Shown: piece after piece, positions 36,621 through 49,021 of the stretch
Layout of the letters: every line of letters begins with the position of its first letter
How positions within the stretch are numbered: position 1 is the stretch's first letter
NCBI GenBank assembly: GCA_025210265.1
Contig: JAOASD010000032.1
Span: 72,280-136,279, forward strand
DNA length: 64,000 bases
Direction: 5' to 3'
From: Pelagimonas sp.
GTDB taxonomy: Bacteria > Pseudomonadota > Alphaproteobacteria > Rhodobacterales > Rhodobacteraceae
Notes under the pieces: model-generated
Databases searched by the model: none
Seen by the model: only the letters and a program-made list of their open reading frames with translations
Told to the model about the DNA's origin: nothing
Made by a program: the position numbers and the translations under genes

Positions 36621-37444
36621 TGCCGCGTTTCTTTACCTCTGATGGCCTGTCCCTGCACTACACGGATGAGGGGGCTGGCCTGCCTGTGCTGTGCCTTGCT
36701 GGGTTGACACGGGATGGAACGGATTTTGATTATGTCGCGCCCCATCTGGAGGCCGTGCGTCTGATCCGTTTGGATTATCGCGGGCGGGGGCAATCCGATT
36801 GGGGTCCGCATGAGACCTATCAGATCCCGATCGAGGGGCGCGATGCGATTGAGTTGCTGGACCATCTTGGGATTGAAAAGGCGGCTGTGCTGGGCACGTC
36901 GCGCGGTGGCCTGATTGCCATGGTGCTGGCCGCGACGGTCAAGGATCGTTTGCTGGGGGTGGCCCTGAACGACATCGGGCCCGAGATCGCGGATGCCGGG
37001 TTGGAGGTAATCAAGAATTATCTGGGCCGGAACCCGGTTTGGAAAACCCATCAGGAGGCGGCGGAAAAGCGCGCTGCTGTGATGACTGCGTTTGAAGACG
37101 TCCCGGCAGAGCGGTGGCTGGATGAGGTAAAGCGCCTCTATATCCAGACGCGTGAAGGGCTGCGCATTCCGTATGACCCAAAGCTGCGCGATGCGGTGCT
37201 GGGTGCGGGCGCGCAGCCTGCGCCGGATCTGTGGCCGCTGTTTGAGGCGCTAGGGGGCTTGCCGCTTTGTGCGATCCGGGGGGCAAATTCCGATCTTCTC
37301 AGCCCGGAGTGTTTTGCGGAAATGAAGCGGCGGCGTCCCGATATGGTGGCGGCAGAGGTGCCGGGACGCGGGCATATTCCGTTTCTGGATGAACCCGAGG
37401 CGCTGGATGCGCTGACCCGCTGGCTGGGCATGTTGCGCCCCTGA
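36620..37444 (+). CDS. Alpha/beta hydrolase
   Basis: The ATG overlaps the dehalogenase stop (TGATG). MPRFFTSDGLSLHYTDEG, nucleophile elbow GTSRGG. 274 aa. Confidence 0.8.
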   Translation: MPRFFTSDGLSLHYTDEGAGLPVLCLAGLTRDGTDFDYVAPHLEAVRLIRLDYRGRGQSDWGPHETYQIPIEGRDAIELLDHLGIEKAAVLGTSRGGLIAMVLAATVKDRLLGVALNDIGPEIADAGLEVIKNYLGRNPVWKTHQEAAEKRAAVMTAFEDVPAERWLDEVKRLYIQTREGLRIPYDPKLRDAVLGAGAQPAPDLWPLFEALGGLPLCAIRGANSDLLSPECFAEMKRRRPDMVAAEVPGRGHIPFLDEPEALDALTRWLGMLRP

Positions 37445-37465
37445 ACCCGCTTGAGGTCGGGGCGC

Positions 37466-37510
37466 AAAAACCTTTCAAAGGTTTTTGGTAAATCTCTTTG
37501 AAAGAGATTT
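37466..37510. terminator. Two adjacent 21-nt AT-rich perfect palindromes between convergent genes (putative bidirectional terminator)
   Basis: AAAAACCTTT-C-AAAGGTTTTT (37466-37486) and AAATCTCTTT-G-AAAGAGATTT (37490-37510). The function is inferred from position only. Confidence 0.4.
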
Positions 37511-37517
37511 GGGCGCG

Positions 37518-38429
37518 TTACGCGGGTTTTACGAACACCCGTGAGGGGTGCAATTCGCCTGCGCGAAAGATACCCACGGCGACCGGTTCCCCGTCAAACG
37601 AGGCCCAGGCTTCGTCGCCATACTCCACGTCATTGGCGATCACCATGCCGGGATTGCCATTGCGCAGGCGCGTGGCCCCCTCGGCGGTGGCCTTGAGTTC
37701 GGGCAGATCCTGCAGCCCGTCTTCGATCGGGCGCAGATGGGTGTCCAGTTCCGGTGTGCGGGCCATTTGGTCGATCTGTTCGATGCTCAGCCCGTCGCTG
37801 GCCTCGAACGGGCCGGACCAGATGCGGCGCAGGGTCAGCACATGGCCATGGCAGCCCAGCGCTTCGCCCAGGTCGCGCGCGACCGAGCGCACATAGCCGC
37901 CTTTGCCGCAGACCAGTTCCAGCACCGCGTGATCGGCATCGGGACGATCCAGCAGGACCAGCGATTCGACCCAGAGCGGACGCGCGGCGATCTCCACATC
38001 CTCGCCATCGCGGGCCAGTTTATAGGCGCGCTGGCCGTCGATCTTGATCGCCGAGAATTTGGGCGGCACCTGCTGGATATCACCGATGAACTGGCCCAGC
38101 TGGGCTTTGATTTCGTCATCGCTGGGGCGGATGTCGCTTTGTGCGATCACCTCGCCTTCGGTGTCGTCTGTGTTGGTGGCCTGCCCCAGTCGAACTGTAA
38201 ATTCATAGGCTTTCAGCGCGTCGGTGATGTAGGGCACGGTTTTGGTCGCCTCGCCCAGCGCGACGGCCAGCAGGCCTGTGGCCTCGGGGTCAAGGGTTCC
38301 GGCATGGCCGGCCTTCTTGGCCTCAAGCGCCCAGCGCACCTTGTTCACCACAGCGGTGGAGGTGATGCCTGCGGGTTTGTCGACGATGAGCCAGCCGGAA
38401 ATATCGCGGCCCTTGCGCTTGCGTGCCAT
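37518..38429 (-). CDS. truB: tRNA pseudouridine(55) synthase
   Basis: Start trimmed to [24 protein letters not shown]. Catalytic Asp motif GHAGTLDP. 303 aa. Confidence 0.93.
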   Translation of the reverse strand: MARKRKGRDISGWLIVDKPAGITSTAVVNKVRWALEAKKAGHAGTLDPEATGLLAVALGEATKTVPYITDALKAYEFTVRLGQATNTDDTEGEVIAQSDIRPSDDEIKAQLGQFIGDIQQVPPKFSAIKIDGQRAYKLARDGEDVEIAARPLWVESLVLLDRPDADHAVLELVCGKGGYVRSVARDLGEALGCHGHVLTLRRIWSGPFEASDGLSIEQIDQMARTPELDTHLRPIEDGLQDLPELKATAEGATRLRNGNPGMVIANDVEYGDEAWASFDGEPVAVGIFRAGELHPSRVFVKPA

Positions 38430-38480
38430 GGGGTGCCCTTTTTGATGAGGGCGGCGGGGTAGCAAGCGCGCCGCGCCCTG

Positions 38481-38981
38481 TCAATTGTCCGCAGGGGTCC
38501 AGAGGTAGATATTGTTGGGATAAGCCCGGTCGCCCAGGACAAAATCGGTGCAGCCGGCATGGGCAAAGCCCTGCGCCAGATAGAACCCGATGGCCGGGCT
38601 GTTTTTGGCATTGGTGGTCAGCCAGATCGGCCGCTGTGCATGGGCTTGGGCGGCGCGCAATAGGGCCTGTCCGATCCCGCGCCCATGATGGCGGGGCTGC
38701 ACATACAGCGTTTCGATCTCGACTGTCGCCTGAAGCGCGTCCGGCGCGGCACGGTCCAGCCCCAGATGCAGCACTCCGTCAATGCCGTCACTATTCTGTG
38801 ACACAAAGCTGACCCGCTTAGGATCGTTCAGCAGGACCAGCGTTTTGTCGATGGTAAAATGAGACAGGACATAGTTGGCAAAGGCCGGGGTGATGCCCTG
38901 TTTCACATAGGTGCTGAGCCAGACCTCGATGGACAGCGCCGCAATTGCGGCGGCGTCCTCAGGGCTGGCCTGCCGGATCAC
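38481..38981 (-). CDS. GNAT-family N-acetyltransferase
   Basis: 166 aa. GTG start 3 nt after the metG stop. Acetyl-CoA motif QPRHHGRGIGQALL. Confidence 0.8.
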   Translation of the reverse strand: MIRQASPEDAAAIAALSIEVWLSTYVKQGITPAFANYVLSHFTIDKTLVLLNDPKRVSFVSQNSDGIDGVLHLGLDRAAPDALQATVEIETLYVQPRHHGRGIGQALLRAAQAHAQRPIWLTTNAKNSPAIGFYLAQGFAHAGCTDFVLGDRAYPNNIYLWTPADN

Positions 38982-38984
38982 GGG

Positions 38985-40697
38985 TCAGTCCCGTTTCCCG
39001 GCAAAGCGTTCCTGCCACTCTTCGCGTTCCGCATCGGTGATCTTGCGGAAGGTCACGTCCGGCACGGTAAAGGCATGGCCTGCGGGCAGGGCATTCAGCG
39101 CCTCGGCAATGTCGCCGGGCCAGTCGGCGCCTTCGGCATTCATGGATGTGAGCAGGTCGGCGCAGGCATCGGGGATGAACGGGGCCGAGATCACCGCGTA
39201 GAGGCGGATCATGTTCAGCGCCAGACGGATCTGCGCGGCGGCCTGATCCGGGTCGGTCTTGATGGTCGACCAGGGCGCGACCTCTTGCAGGTATTCATTG
39301 CCCAGCACCCAGGCGGCGCGCAGGGCGGTTGCCGCCTTGCGGATTTCGATCGCTTCCATATGGGTCTGATATTCCGCAATCTTTGCACTCAGATCTGCGA
39401 TCAGCTGCTCTTCGCGCGGGCCATAGCTGCCGCCTTCGGGCACGGCCTCAGAAAATTTCGAGCGGCAGAATTTGGTCACGCGGCTGGCAAAGTTGCCCAG
39501 CACGTCGGCCAGATCCTTGTTCACGCTGATCTGGAAGTTTTCCCAGGTGAATTCGCTATCCGCGCTTTCCGGCGCGTGGCTCAGCAGCCACCAGCGCCAG
39601 TAATCGGCGGGCAGGATGTCCAGCGCCTGATCCATGAACACCCCACGCCCGCGCGAGGTCGAGAACTGGCCGCCATCATAGTTCAGGTAGTTGAAGGATT
39701 TGATGTAATCGACCAGTTTCCACGGCTCGCCCGAACCCAGGATCGTGACCGGGAAGGACAGGGTGTGGAAGGGCACGTTGTCCTTGCCCATAAACTGAGT
39801 ATAGCGCACATCCTCGGCGCCCTGATCGGTGCGCCACCAGCGTTGCCAATCCGCGCCTTTGCCCGCATCGACCCATTCCTGAGAGCAAGCGATATATTCG
39901 ATCGGGGCGTCGAACCAGACATAGAACACTTTGCCTTCCATGCCGGGCCAGGGCGCGTCGCCCTTTTGCACCGGCACACCCCAGTCCAGATCGCGCGTGA
40001 TGCCGCGATCCTGCAACCCATCCCCGTCATTCAGCCATTTCTTGGCAATCGAGGTGGTCAGCACGGGCCAGCCTTCGCGCGTGTCGATCCACTTTTCCAG
40101 ACGGTCTTTCATCTGGCTCTGGCGCAGATACAGGTGCTTGGTCTCGCGCATCTCCAGATCGGTCGAGCCCGAAATGGTCGAGCGCGGGTTGATCAGGTCC
40201 ACCGGGTCCAGCTGTTTGGTGCAGTTGTCACATTGATCGCCGCGCGCATCCTCGAACCCGCAATTGGGGCAGGTGCCCTCGATATAGCGGTCGGGCAGAT
40301 AGCGGCCATCGGCATGGGAATACATCTGGGTTTCGCTGACCTCGGCGATCAGCCCCTGCTCATCCAGCACCTTGGCGAAATGCTGGGTCAGGGTGCGGTT
40401 CTGATGGCTGGACGAGCGCCCGAAATGGTCAAAGGACAGGCGGAACCCGTCGGCCAGCTTGGACTGGGCTTCCCACATCTCGGCGCAGTACTCTTCGACC
40501 GGTTTGCCCGCCTTGGCCGCGGCCAGTTCGGCAGGTGTGCCGTGTTCGTCGGTGGCGCAGAGGAACAGAACCTCGTGGCCGCGTCCGCGCAGGTAGCGGG
40601 CGTAAAGATCGGCAGGCAGCTGGCTGCCGACCAGGTTTCCAAGGTGTTTGATGCCATTGATATAAGGAATGGCCGAGGTGATGAGATGGCGTGCCAT
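38985..40697 (-). CDS. metG: Methionine--tRNA ligase
   Basis: 570 aa. Class I aaRS with a HIGH-like motif ([11 protein letters not shown]), a Zn knuckle CPNCG...CDNC and a KMSKS-like region. Confidence 0.93.
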   Translation of the reverse strand: MARHLITSAIPYINGIKHLGNLVGSQLPADLYARYLRGRGHEVLFLCATDEHGTPAELAAAKAGKPVEEYCAEMWEAQSKLADGFRLSFDHFGRSSSHQNRTLTQHFAKVLDEQGLIAEVSETQMYSHADGRYLPDRYIEGTCPNCGFEDARGDQCDNCTKQLDPVDLINPRSTISGSTDLEMRETKHLYLRQSQMKDRLEKWIDTREGWPVLTTSIAKKWLNDGDGLQDRGITRDLDWGVPVQKGDAPWPGMEGKVFYVWFDAPIEYIACSQEWVDAGKGADWQRWWRTDQGAEDVRYTQFMGKDNVPFHTLSFPVTILGSGEPWKLVDYIKSFNYLNYDGGQFSTSRGRGVFMDQALDILPADYWRWWLLSHAPESADSEFTWENFQISVNKDLADVLGNFASRVTKFCRSKFSEAVPEGGSYGPREEQLIADLSAKIAEYQTHMEAIEIRKAATALRAAWVLGNEYLQEVAPWSTIKTDPDQAAAQIRLALNMIRLYAVISAPFIPDACADLLTSMNAEGADWPGDIAEALNALPAGHAFTVPDVTFRKITDAEREEWQERFAGKRD

Positions 40698-40863
40698 GAC
40701 AGGGTCCGTAATCTGGGGTTGGTTTCCTCTAGCTCAAACAGGCGGGCGTGACCATAGGGCGATGGCACCGGACCCCGTTGCCTGCGCATTCCGGGGCGTG
40801 TAGGACTTGGGCCGTGAATATCCCGTGCGCTGGTTTTCACGCTGTTGCAACACGGGAGCCTCC

Positions 40864-41265
40864 ATGCCCATCAGCTATGAAATCGCCGCAGATAAAAGCC
40901 ATGTGCACACGCATTACACGGGCATGGTGACGCGGGCGGATTTCCTGAACACCTTTGCCAGCTTTCAGCAGGAACCGGACTTTCGTGTGGATATGCCGCA
41001 GGTGACGTGCCTGACCGAAATGACCGGGACGGAATATGCCTTTGACGAGATGCTGCAGGATTTCGCGGTGTTCGAAGCCCCGTTCCGCGCGGCAGGGGTG
41101 CAGCTGGCCATTGCCGTTTATGGCGCGCATGACCTGACATATGGTCTGGCGCGTATGTTCATGGCGCTTAGCGAAAATTCCCCGTTTATGGTGACACAGC
41201 TGTTTGACACCCGCGCAGAGGCCACCGCCTGGGCGCTGGGCCTGGCCGGAACAGCTGGACCCTAG
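40864..41265 (+). CDS. Hypothetical protein (133 aa)
   Basis: ORF with coding-like composition; ATG at 40864. I recognise no family (possibly a STAS-like fold). Its stop overlaps the convergent MFS gene end. Confidence 0.45.
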   Translation: MPISYEIAADKSHVHTHYTGMVTRADFLNTFASFQQEPDFRVDMPQVTCLTEMTGTEYAFDEMLQDFAVFEAPFRAAGVQLAIAVYGAHDLTYGLARMFMALSENSPFMVTQLFDTRAEATAWALGLAGTAGP

Positions 41266-42485
41266 CGTTTCTCTCTGAACGCTGAAAACAGACGCCCAAC
41301 CGCAAAGCTGGTGCGGGGCACCGCCACATAGGGCGTGCGGGTTTCTGCGGTGGGGCGGGCGCGGCTGCGGATCACGCTGAACAGGACCAGCGCCAGATGC
41401 CCGGCTGCAATCAGCATGAACAGCGCAGGCGGGCCAAAGCGCGCAATCAGTGCCGAGGCAATCCAGGGCGCGGCGATGGCCCCTGTGGCGTACCAGAACA
41501 TCAGCGCAGCGGAGAGTTCCACCCGCTCATGGCTGTTGGCAAAGTCATGGGCATGGGCGGCAGCCACCGAATAGATCGGAAAGGTGGTCAGCCCGAACAA
41601 GGCCGCGGTGGCCATGATGCCAAAGGTGGGCAGATCCTGCCCCATCACCGTCAGCAGACAACTGAACACCGCCGCCACCGACAGCCAGATCAGCACGCTG
41701 CGGCGGTCGAATTTGTCCGCCAGCCAGCCCACCGGCAACTGAGACAGCGCGCCTCCGCCGACAAAGGCCGCGAGGAAGATGGCGATCTGGGACACGTCCA
41801 GTCCGACCTCGGTGCCATAGACCGGGCCGACCATCCGGAACGAGGCCGAGGACAGCGCCGCCACCAGCACCCCCGCCACCGCCAGCGGTGACCGGTGCCA
41901 TGCCAGCCCCGGTGCCAGTCGCGGCGCGCTGGGCGTTTCGGGCTGGTTCACGCGGGTCAGGGTCAGCGGCAGCAGCGCAGCGGTACACAGCAAGGCCAGC
42001 AGGGTGTAGCTGACGTAATGCGCGGGCGGCAGCACCGAAATCAGCATCTGCGCCGCCAGCGATGCCCCCATATCGGCCACGCGATAGGCCCCCATCGTGC
42101 GGCCCCGTGTTTCGTTTGTGACCTTGGATTGCAGCCAGGCTTCGACCACGGTGTAACAGCCCGCGATACAGATCCCCTGCGCGATGCGCAGCCCGGCCCA
42201 GGCCATCGGGTCGTTGGTCAGCACATGGCCCAGGATCCCGATGGTCCCCAGCGCGGTAAAGGTGGCAAAGCCTCGGGAATGGCCGACGCTGCCCATCAGG
42301 CGCGGTGCCCACCAGCAGCCAATGAAAAAGCCAAGGAAATGGGCCGAGCCCAGCAAACCGATCTGCGTGGTGCTAAAGCCCAGTTCGAACCCCGAAAGCG
42401 CGTCCAGCGGCCCAACCCCGCCCGAAGAAAGCTGCAGCAGGATGACCGATAGGAACAGGCTGGCGAAAGACAGGATCAGGCGCAT
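41262..42485 (-). CDS. MFS transporter
   Basis: 407 aa, about 12 hydrophobic segments throughout. Confidence 0.82.
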   Translation of the reverse strand: MRLILSFASLFLSVILLQLSSGGVGPLDALSGFELGFSTTQIGLLGSAHFLGFFIGCWWAPRLMGSVGHSRGFATFTALGTIGILGHVLTNDPMAWAGLRIAQGICIAGCYTVVEAWLQSKVTNETRGRTMGAYRVADMGASLAAQMLISVLPPAHYVSYTLLALLCTAALLPLTLTRVNQPETPSAPRLAPGLAWHRSPLAVAGVLVAALSSASFRMVGPVYGTEVGLDVSQIAIFLAAFVGGGALSQLPVGWLADKFDRRSVLIWLSVAAVFSCLLTVMGQDLPTFGIMATAALFGLTTFPIYSVAAAHAHDFANSHERVELSAALMFWYATGAIAAPWIASALIARFGPPALFMLIAAGHLALVLFSVIRSRARPTAETRTPYVAVPRTSFAVGRLFSAFREKR

Positions 42486-42685
42486 AACGTGCCATGCTGA
42501 TCACCGGTGCCGTGCAAAATCCGCATCTGTTCCGACCTGCCATGTCGTTTTACGCCGCTTTGCGGATTTTTTGGTCCTGTGGCCTGTGCTGGGCCTGTGC
42601 GTCGGGGCTTGGCTTTGTGTGTCCGGGCGTTATCCTGCGTGGCAAATTCAGGACCACGCGGCAGCGCCGCGACAGGAGAAACGCA

Positions 42686-43726
42686 ATGAAGATGAACCCT
42701 TTGGGGCGCACCGGGATCCAGGTCTCGGAGCTGTGCCTTGGCAGCATGACCTATGGCCGCGACACGGATGAGGCCGATGCCCATGCGCAGATGGAGTGTG
42801 CTCTGGATGGGGGAATCAACTTTCTCGACACGGCAGAAATGTACCCGGTGAACCCGATTCAGGCCGAAACCGTGGGCAATAGCGAGCGCGTGATCGGCAA
42901 TTGGTTCGCCCGCACCGGGCGGCGCAGCGACTGGGTTGTGGCGACCAAGATCACCGGGTCGGGCTGCAAACCTGTGCGCGACGGGGCAGAGGTCACGCCG
43001 GATCTGGTCCCGCAGACGGTGGAGGCTTCGCTGAAGCGGCTGCAGACCGATTATATCGACCTTTATCAGCTGCACTGGCCCAATCGTGGCAGCTATATGT
43101 TCCGCCAGAACTGGCACTATGACCCGTCCAGCCAGAACCGCGCCGACACGGTGCAGCATATGGCCGATATGATGGGTGTGCTGGGGCGCGAGGTAGACCG
43201 CGGCACGATCCGCGCCTTTGGCCTGTCCAATGAAAGCGCCTGGGGCACGTCCATGTGGCTGCGCGCCGCCGAGGAAAGTGGCGGTCCGCGGGTGGCCTCG
43301 ATCCAGAATGAATATTCGCTGCTCTGCCGTATGGCCGATACGGATCTGGCCGAGCTGATGGTGAACGAGGATGTGGGCCTGTTGCCGTTTTCGCCGCTGG
43401 GCACCGGGCTTTTGACCGGGAAATATCAGGATGGCATCCCCGAGGGATCGCGCGGCGTGGTGAACCCGCAGCTGGGCGGACGCATGAGCGACCGGGTGCT
43501 GCCCGCCGTAGCCGCTTATCTGCAGGTTGCCGCTGATTTTGGTCTGGATCCGATCCATATGGCGCTGACTTGGTCGGCGCGGCGGCCCTTTGTGGCCTCG
43601 TCGATCTTTGGCGCGACCCATCTGCCGCAGCTGGAGCATATCCTGAAAGGGGCGGATACGGAGCTGAGCCCGGAGCTGCTGGCGGCGCTGGACGACACCC
43701 ATCGCGCCCATCCCATGCCATACTGA
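42686..43726 (+). CDS. Aldo/keto reductase (Tas-like NADP(H)-dependent oxidoreductase)
   Basis: AGGAGA SD, then MKMNPLGRTGIQVSELCLGSMTYG...FLDTAEMYPV. 346 aa; start trimmed from the 410-aa ORF. Confidence 0.88.
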   Translation: MKMNPLGRTGIQVSELCLGSMTYGRDTDEADAHAQMECALDGGINFLDTAEMYPVNPIQAETVGNSERVIGNWFARTGRRSDWVVATKITGSGCKPVRDGAEVTPDLVPQTVEASLKRLQTDYIDLYQLHWPNRGSYMFRQNWHYDPSSQNRADTVQHMADMMGVLGREVDRGTIRAFGLSNESAWGTSMWLRAAEESGGPRVASIQNEYSLLCRMADTDLAELMVNEDVGLLPFSPLGTGLLTGKYQDGIPEGSRGVVNPQLGGRMSDRVLPAVAAYLQVAADFGLDPIHMALTWSARRPFVASSIFGATHLPQLEHILKGADTELSPELLAALDDTHRAHPMPY

Positions 43727-43793
43727 CCGGGACCGGCGGGCGCCGCTGTTCAGCACGCTGAAGGCGCCCCGCCCGCCGTCCCGTATCCTGCGC

Positions 43794-44654
43794 TCAGCCC
43801 AGTCGCTTGCGCAGATCGCTCAGGTGGTCGGGCAATTGCCGGGCTGTGATGCTGGCCTCTTTCACCAGATGGTCAAAATGGGCGGTAAAGGCGCTGATCC
43901 TTTCCGCATCCCGAAAGGCCAGATAGGTTTGCCCCAGATACAGCACCGCCAGACGCGGCCCGAACAGGGTCAGCGGCGCGGAATACAGCCGGCGGGCATC
44001 AAACAGATACAGGCGCAATCCGGGGTACAGGCTGTCGCTGAGCGCAATCAGCTGATCCAACTGGGCGCGGCGGGTCTGCACCGGCAGGCCGTCATAGTAA
44101 CCTGTGCCGCTGGCGAAACTGTCGATTTCATGCAGCGGCAGGGCGATTTCGTAATCCGAGCGCGAGTCCCGCATCAGATCCAGCCGGTCGCTTGAGGCGT
44201 TGATCGCCTGTTCTGCGGTCTTGCCCAGATGCGGCCCGTATTCCCATTCCAGCATGGCGCGGGTTTTCAGCATGTCGGGCATGGTCGCGGGCACATGGCG
44301 GATCTTGTAGCCCTCGGCCTCCAGATGCCAGCGAAAGATGGTTTCGTCGATCAGGGCGCGGGGGGCCTCGGTCATCTCCATCGAGGTGGCCAGCAGGTCC
44401 GCCGCGCTTTCGGGATGTTCCGACAGACCCAGCAGCCAGTCGGTCGACACGCCCAGCACCTCGGCGCAGGCCCCGACCAGCTGGGCATTGGGCAGGCGCG
44501 CGCCCTGATCCTTGAGCAGTTGCGAAATGGTCGAGCGTTCCACCCCGGCCTCTCGCGCCAGCGCGGTCTGGTTGGTCCCGGCCTGCGCCATGGCCTGTGT
44601 CAGGCGGGTGCGGAACAGGGTGGCGCGGTCGCGTTTGTCAATCTTATCCAGCAT
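43794..44654 (-). CDS. XRE-family HTH regulator with C-terminal ScfR/ImmA-like domain
   Basis: 286 aa. HTH NQTALAREAGVERSTISQLLKD. Divergent from the DUF2061-desaturase operon. Confidence 0.78.
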   Translation of the reverse strand: MLDKIDKRDRATLFRTRLTQAMAQAGTNQTALAREAGVERSTISQLLKDQGARLPNAQLVGACAEVLGVSTDWLLGLSEHPESAADLLATSMEMTEAPRALIDETIFRWHLEAEGYKIRHVPATMPDMLKTRAMLEWEYGPHLGKTAEQAINASSDRLDLMRDSRSDYEIALPLHEIDSFASGTGYYDGLPVQTRRAQLDQLIALSDSLYPGLRLYLFDARRLYSAPLTLFGPRLAVLYLGQTYLAFRDAERISAFTAHFDHLVKEASITARQLPDHLSDLRKRLG

Positions 44655-44760
44655 ATGTCTAGTTTTATCACATAACGGGAGTTTTGTTAATCAGAGACAG
44701 AATAGTCCGCCCCCGCCCGCCTGAGTAACATTTCTGTGAATGCAGCAGGCAGGAGGCAGA

Positions 44761-44964
44761 ATGGAAACGCGGGCGCGCAGTTTGGTGAAAACGGTGATTT
44801 GGGTCTTGCTGGGCCTGGTCATGATGGCGATCGTCGGGTTTGTCCTGACAGGATCTTTGTTCACCAGCAGCGCCATGGCGCTGATCAATTCGGCGCTGGG
44901 GTTCGTGTCTTATCTGATTTACGAACGCATCTGGGCCGGGATCCGCTGGGGCCGCCATGTTTGA
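44761..44964 (+). CDS. DUF2061 small membrane protein
   Basis: 67 aa from METRARSLVKTVIWVLLG...; two hydrophobic helices. Its stop overlaps the desaturase start. Confidence 0.6.
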   Translation: METRARSLVKTVIWVLLGLVMMAIVGFVLTGSLFTSSAMALINSALGFVSYLIYERIWAGIRWGRHV

Positions 44965-45856
44965 GCGGCTGCGCGGCATCGAATGGCCGACACTGGCGAT
45001 GCTGGCGCTGTGCTACGGGCTGTGGGCGCTGGGCACGGTCTGGGTGGCGGCGCTGTGGCTGCCATTGGGCATGGGGCTGACGGCCCTGGGCGCGGCGCTG
45101 CATTCCTCGCTGACCCATGAGATGCTGCATGGCCATCCCAGCCGAAACCCGCTGATAAACGCCGCGCTGGTCTTTCCGGCGCTCAGCCTTGCGGTGCCAT
45201 ATCTGCGGTTCAAGGACACCCATCTGGCGCATCACCGGGATTCGATACTGACCGACCCTTATGACGATCCTGAAAGCAACTATTTTGACCCCAAGGTCTG
45301 GCATGGTTTGTCCCGTGGGAGGAAACGCCTGCTGCGTCTGAACAACACGCTTGCCGGGCGTTTGCTGATCGGTCCGGCGCTGGGCAGCTGGGCCTTTGTG
45401 GCGCAGGATATGCGGCTGATCCGGGCCGGGGATCGTCGTGTGCTGCTGGGCTGGCTGCTGCATATTCCGGCTGTGGCGGTGGTCCTGATCTGGGTGGGGA
45501 TGCTGGGCCAGATGCCGCTCTGGGCGTTTTTGCTGTCCAGCTACGCGGCGCTGTCGATCCTGAAAATCCGCACCTTTCTGGAGCATCGCGCCCATGAGGA
45601 TGCGCGCGGGCGCACCGTGGTGATCGAGGATCGCGGCCCGCTGGCGCTGATCTTTCTGAACAACAACCTGCATGTGGTGCATCACATGCACGCCGCCGTG
45701 CCGTGGTACCGCCTGCCGCGGCTTTATCGGCAGAACCGGGATCGCTATTTAAGCCGCAACAAGGGCTATCATTACCAATCCTACGCACAGATCTTTGCAC
45801 GCTATTTCTGGCGCGCCAAGGATCCGGTGCCGCATCCGCTGTGGCCGGGGGAGTAG
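44957..45856 (+). CDS. Membrane fatty-acid desaturase family protein
   Basis: 299 aa. Three His boxes: HEMLHGH, HLAHHRD and HVVHHMH. Confidence 0.85.
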   Translation: MFERLRGIEWPTLAMLALCYGLWALGTVWVAALWLPLGMGLTALGAALHSSLTHEMLHGHPSRNPLINAALVFPALSLAVPYLRFKDTHLAHHRDSILTDPYDDPESNYFDPKVWHGLSRGRKRLLRLNNTLAGRLLIGPALGSWAFVAQDMRLIRAGDRRVLLGWLLHIPAVAVVLIWVGMLGQMPLWAFLLSSYAALSILKIRTFLEHRAHEDARGRTVVIEDRGPLALIFLNNNLHVVHHMHAAVPWYRLPRLYRQNRDRYLSRNKGYHYQSYAQIFARYFWRAKDPVPHPLWPGE

Positions 45857-45893
45857 GCTGGCATTTTGCGGATATTGCCGTCATAGCTTGCCC

Positions 45894-46799
45894 ATGGAGC
45901 TTTGGATCATAGCCACGCTTGCGGCGGCCAGCTTTCAGACCGTGCGCTTTATGCTGCAAAAAGTGCTGTCTGCCGGGGTGCTGAGCGCCACGGGCAGCAC
46001 ATTCGCGCGCTTTGCCTATGCCATGCCGGGGGCGTGGCTGATCCTGATCGGGTATCTTTGGGGGACGGGGCAGGGCCTGCCTGCGCTGGGCCCGGATTTT
46101 TGGTTTTGGGCGGTGATTGGCGGCGGCGGACAGATCCTGGCCACGGTGCTGGTGGTGATGACCTTTCAGACCCGCAATTTCGCCGTGGGCATCACCCTGA
46201 AAAAGACCGAGGTGATCCAGACCGCGCTGTTGGGGCTGATCGTACTGGGCGAGGTGATCTCGCCCACCGGCTGGCTGGCCATTGGGTTGGGGTTGGTCGG
46301 GGTGCTGACCCTGTCGCAGCAATCGGGCGCGTCGCCACGTGACATTCTGGCCGGGCTGGGCAGCCGGGCGGTGCTGCTGGGGCTGGGGTCAGGCGCGTTT
46401 TTTGCTGTGGCCGGGGTGGGCTACCGCGCCGCCACGTTGGAAATCGCCAGCGAAGACCCGTTGCTGCGGGCCAGCGTGGCGCTGGTCTGTGTGACCCTGC
46501 TGCAAAGCCTGTCTTTGGCGGTCTGGCTGCGTTGGCGCGAACCGGGGCAGATCTCGGCGGTCTGGGCCGCGCGGGGCAAGGCCATCTGGCTGGGCGTGAC
46601 CTCTATGTGTGGCACGATGGGGTGGTTCACCGCCTTCACGTTGCAGACCGCCGCCTATGTCTATGCGCTGGGACAGGTTGAACTGATCCTGTCGCTGGCG
46701 GCTTCGGTCCTGTTCTTTCGCGAAAAGGTCAGCGCGCGGGAATATGCGGGGATTGCGGTGCTGACCCTGTCGATCCTGCTGCTGGTGCTGGCGGTCTGA
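45894..46799 (+). CDS. DMT (EamA-like) family transporter
   Basis: 301 aa from MELWIIATLAAASF; about 10 hydrophobic segments. Confidence 0.75.
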   Translation: MELWIIATLAAASFQTVRFMLQKVLSAGVLSATGSTFARFAYAMPGAWLILIGYLWGTGQGLPALGPDFWFWAVIGGGGQILATVLVVMTFQTRNFAVGITLKKTEVIQTALLGLIVLGEVISPTGWLAIGLGLVGVLTLSQQSGASPRDILAGLGSRAVLLGLGSGAFFAVAGVGYRAATLEIASEDPLLRASVALVCVTLLQSLSLAVWLRWREPGQISAVWAARGKAIWLGVTSMCGTMGWFTAFTLQTAAYVYALGQVELILSLAASVLFFREKVSAREYAGIAVLTLSILLLVLAV

Positions 46800-48962
<2,163 letters not shown>

Positions 48963-48968
48963 ACCAAA

Positions 48969-48998
48969 GCCCCCGCGCGGGACATCCTGCGCGGGGGC
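48969..48998. terminator. Bidirectional terminator between fadH and the first RTX-propeller gene
   Basis: 10-bp GC stem gcccccgcgc / gcgcgggggc. T-rich on the minus strand (TTTGGTTT), and GTTTC on the plus strand. Confidence 0.7.
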
Positions 48999-49021
48999 GT
49001 TTCAGCCAGATTTGGCTGTGA

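Noticed and set aside
38859-40751. 630-aa plus-strand ORF
   Set aside because: It is antisense to metG and the GNAT gene and has no motifs, so it is a shadow ORF.
42476-43756. 426-aa minus-strand ORF
   Set aside because: It is antisense to the aldo/keto reductase gene, which has an SD and a typical AKR N-terminus.
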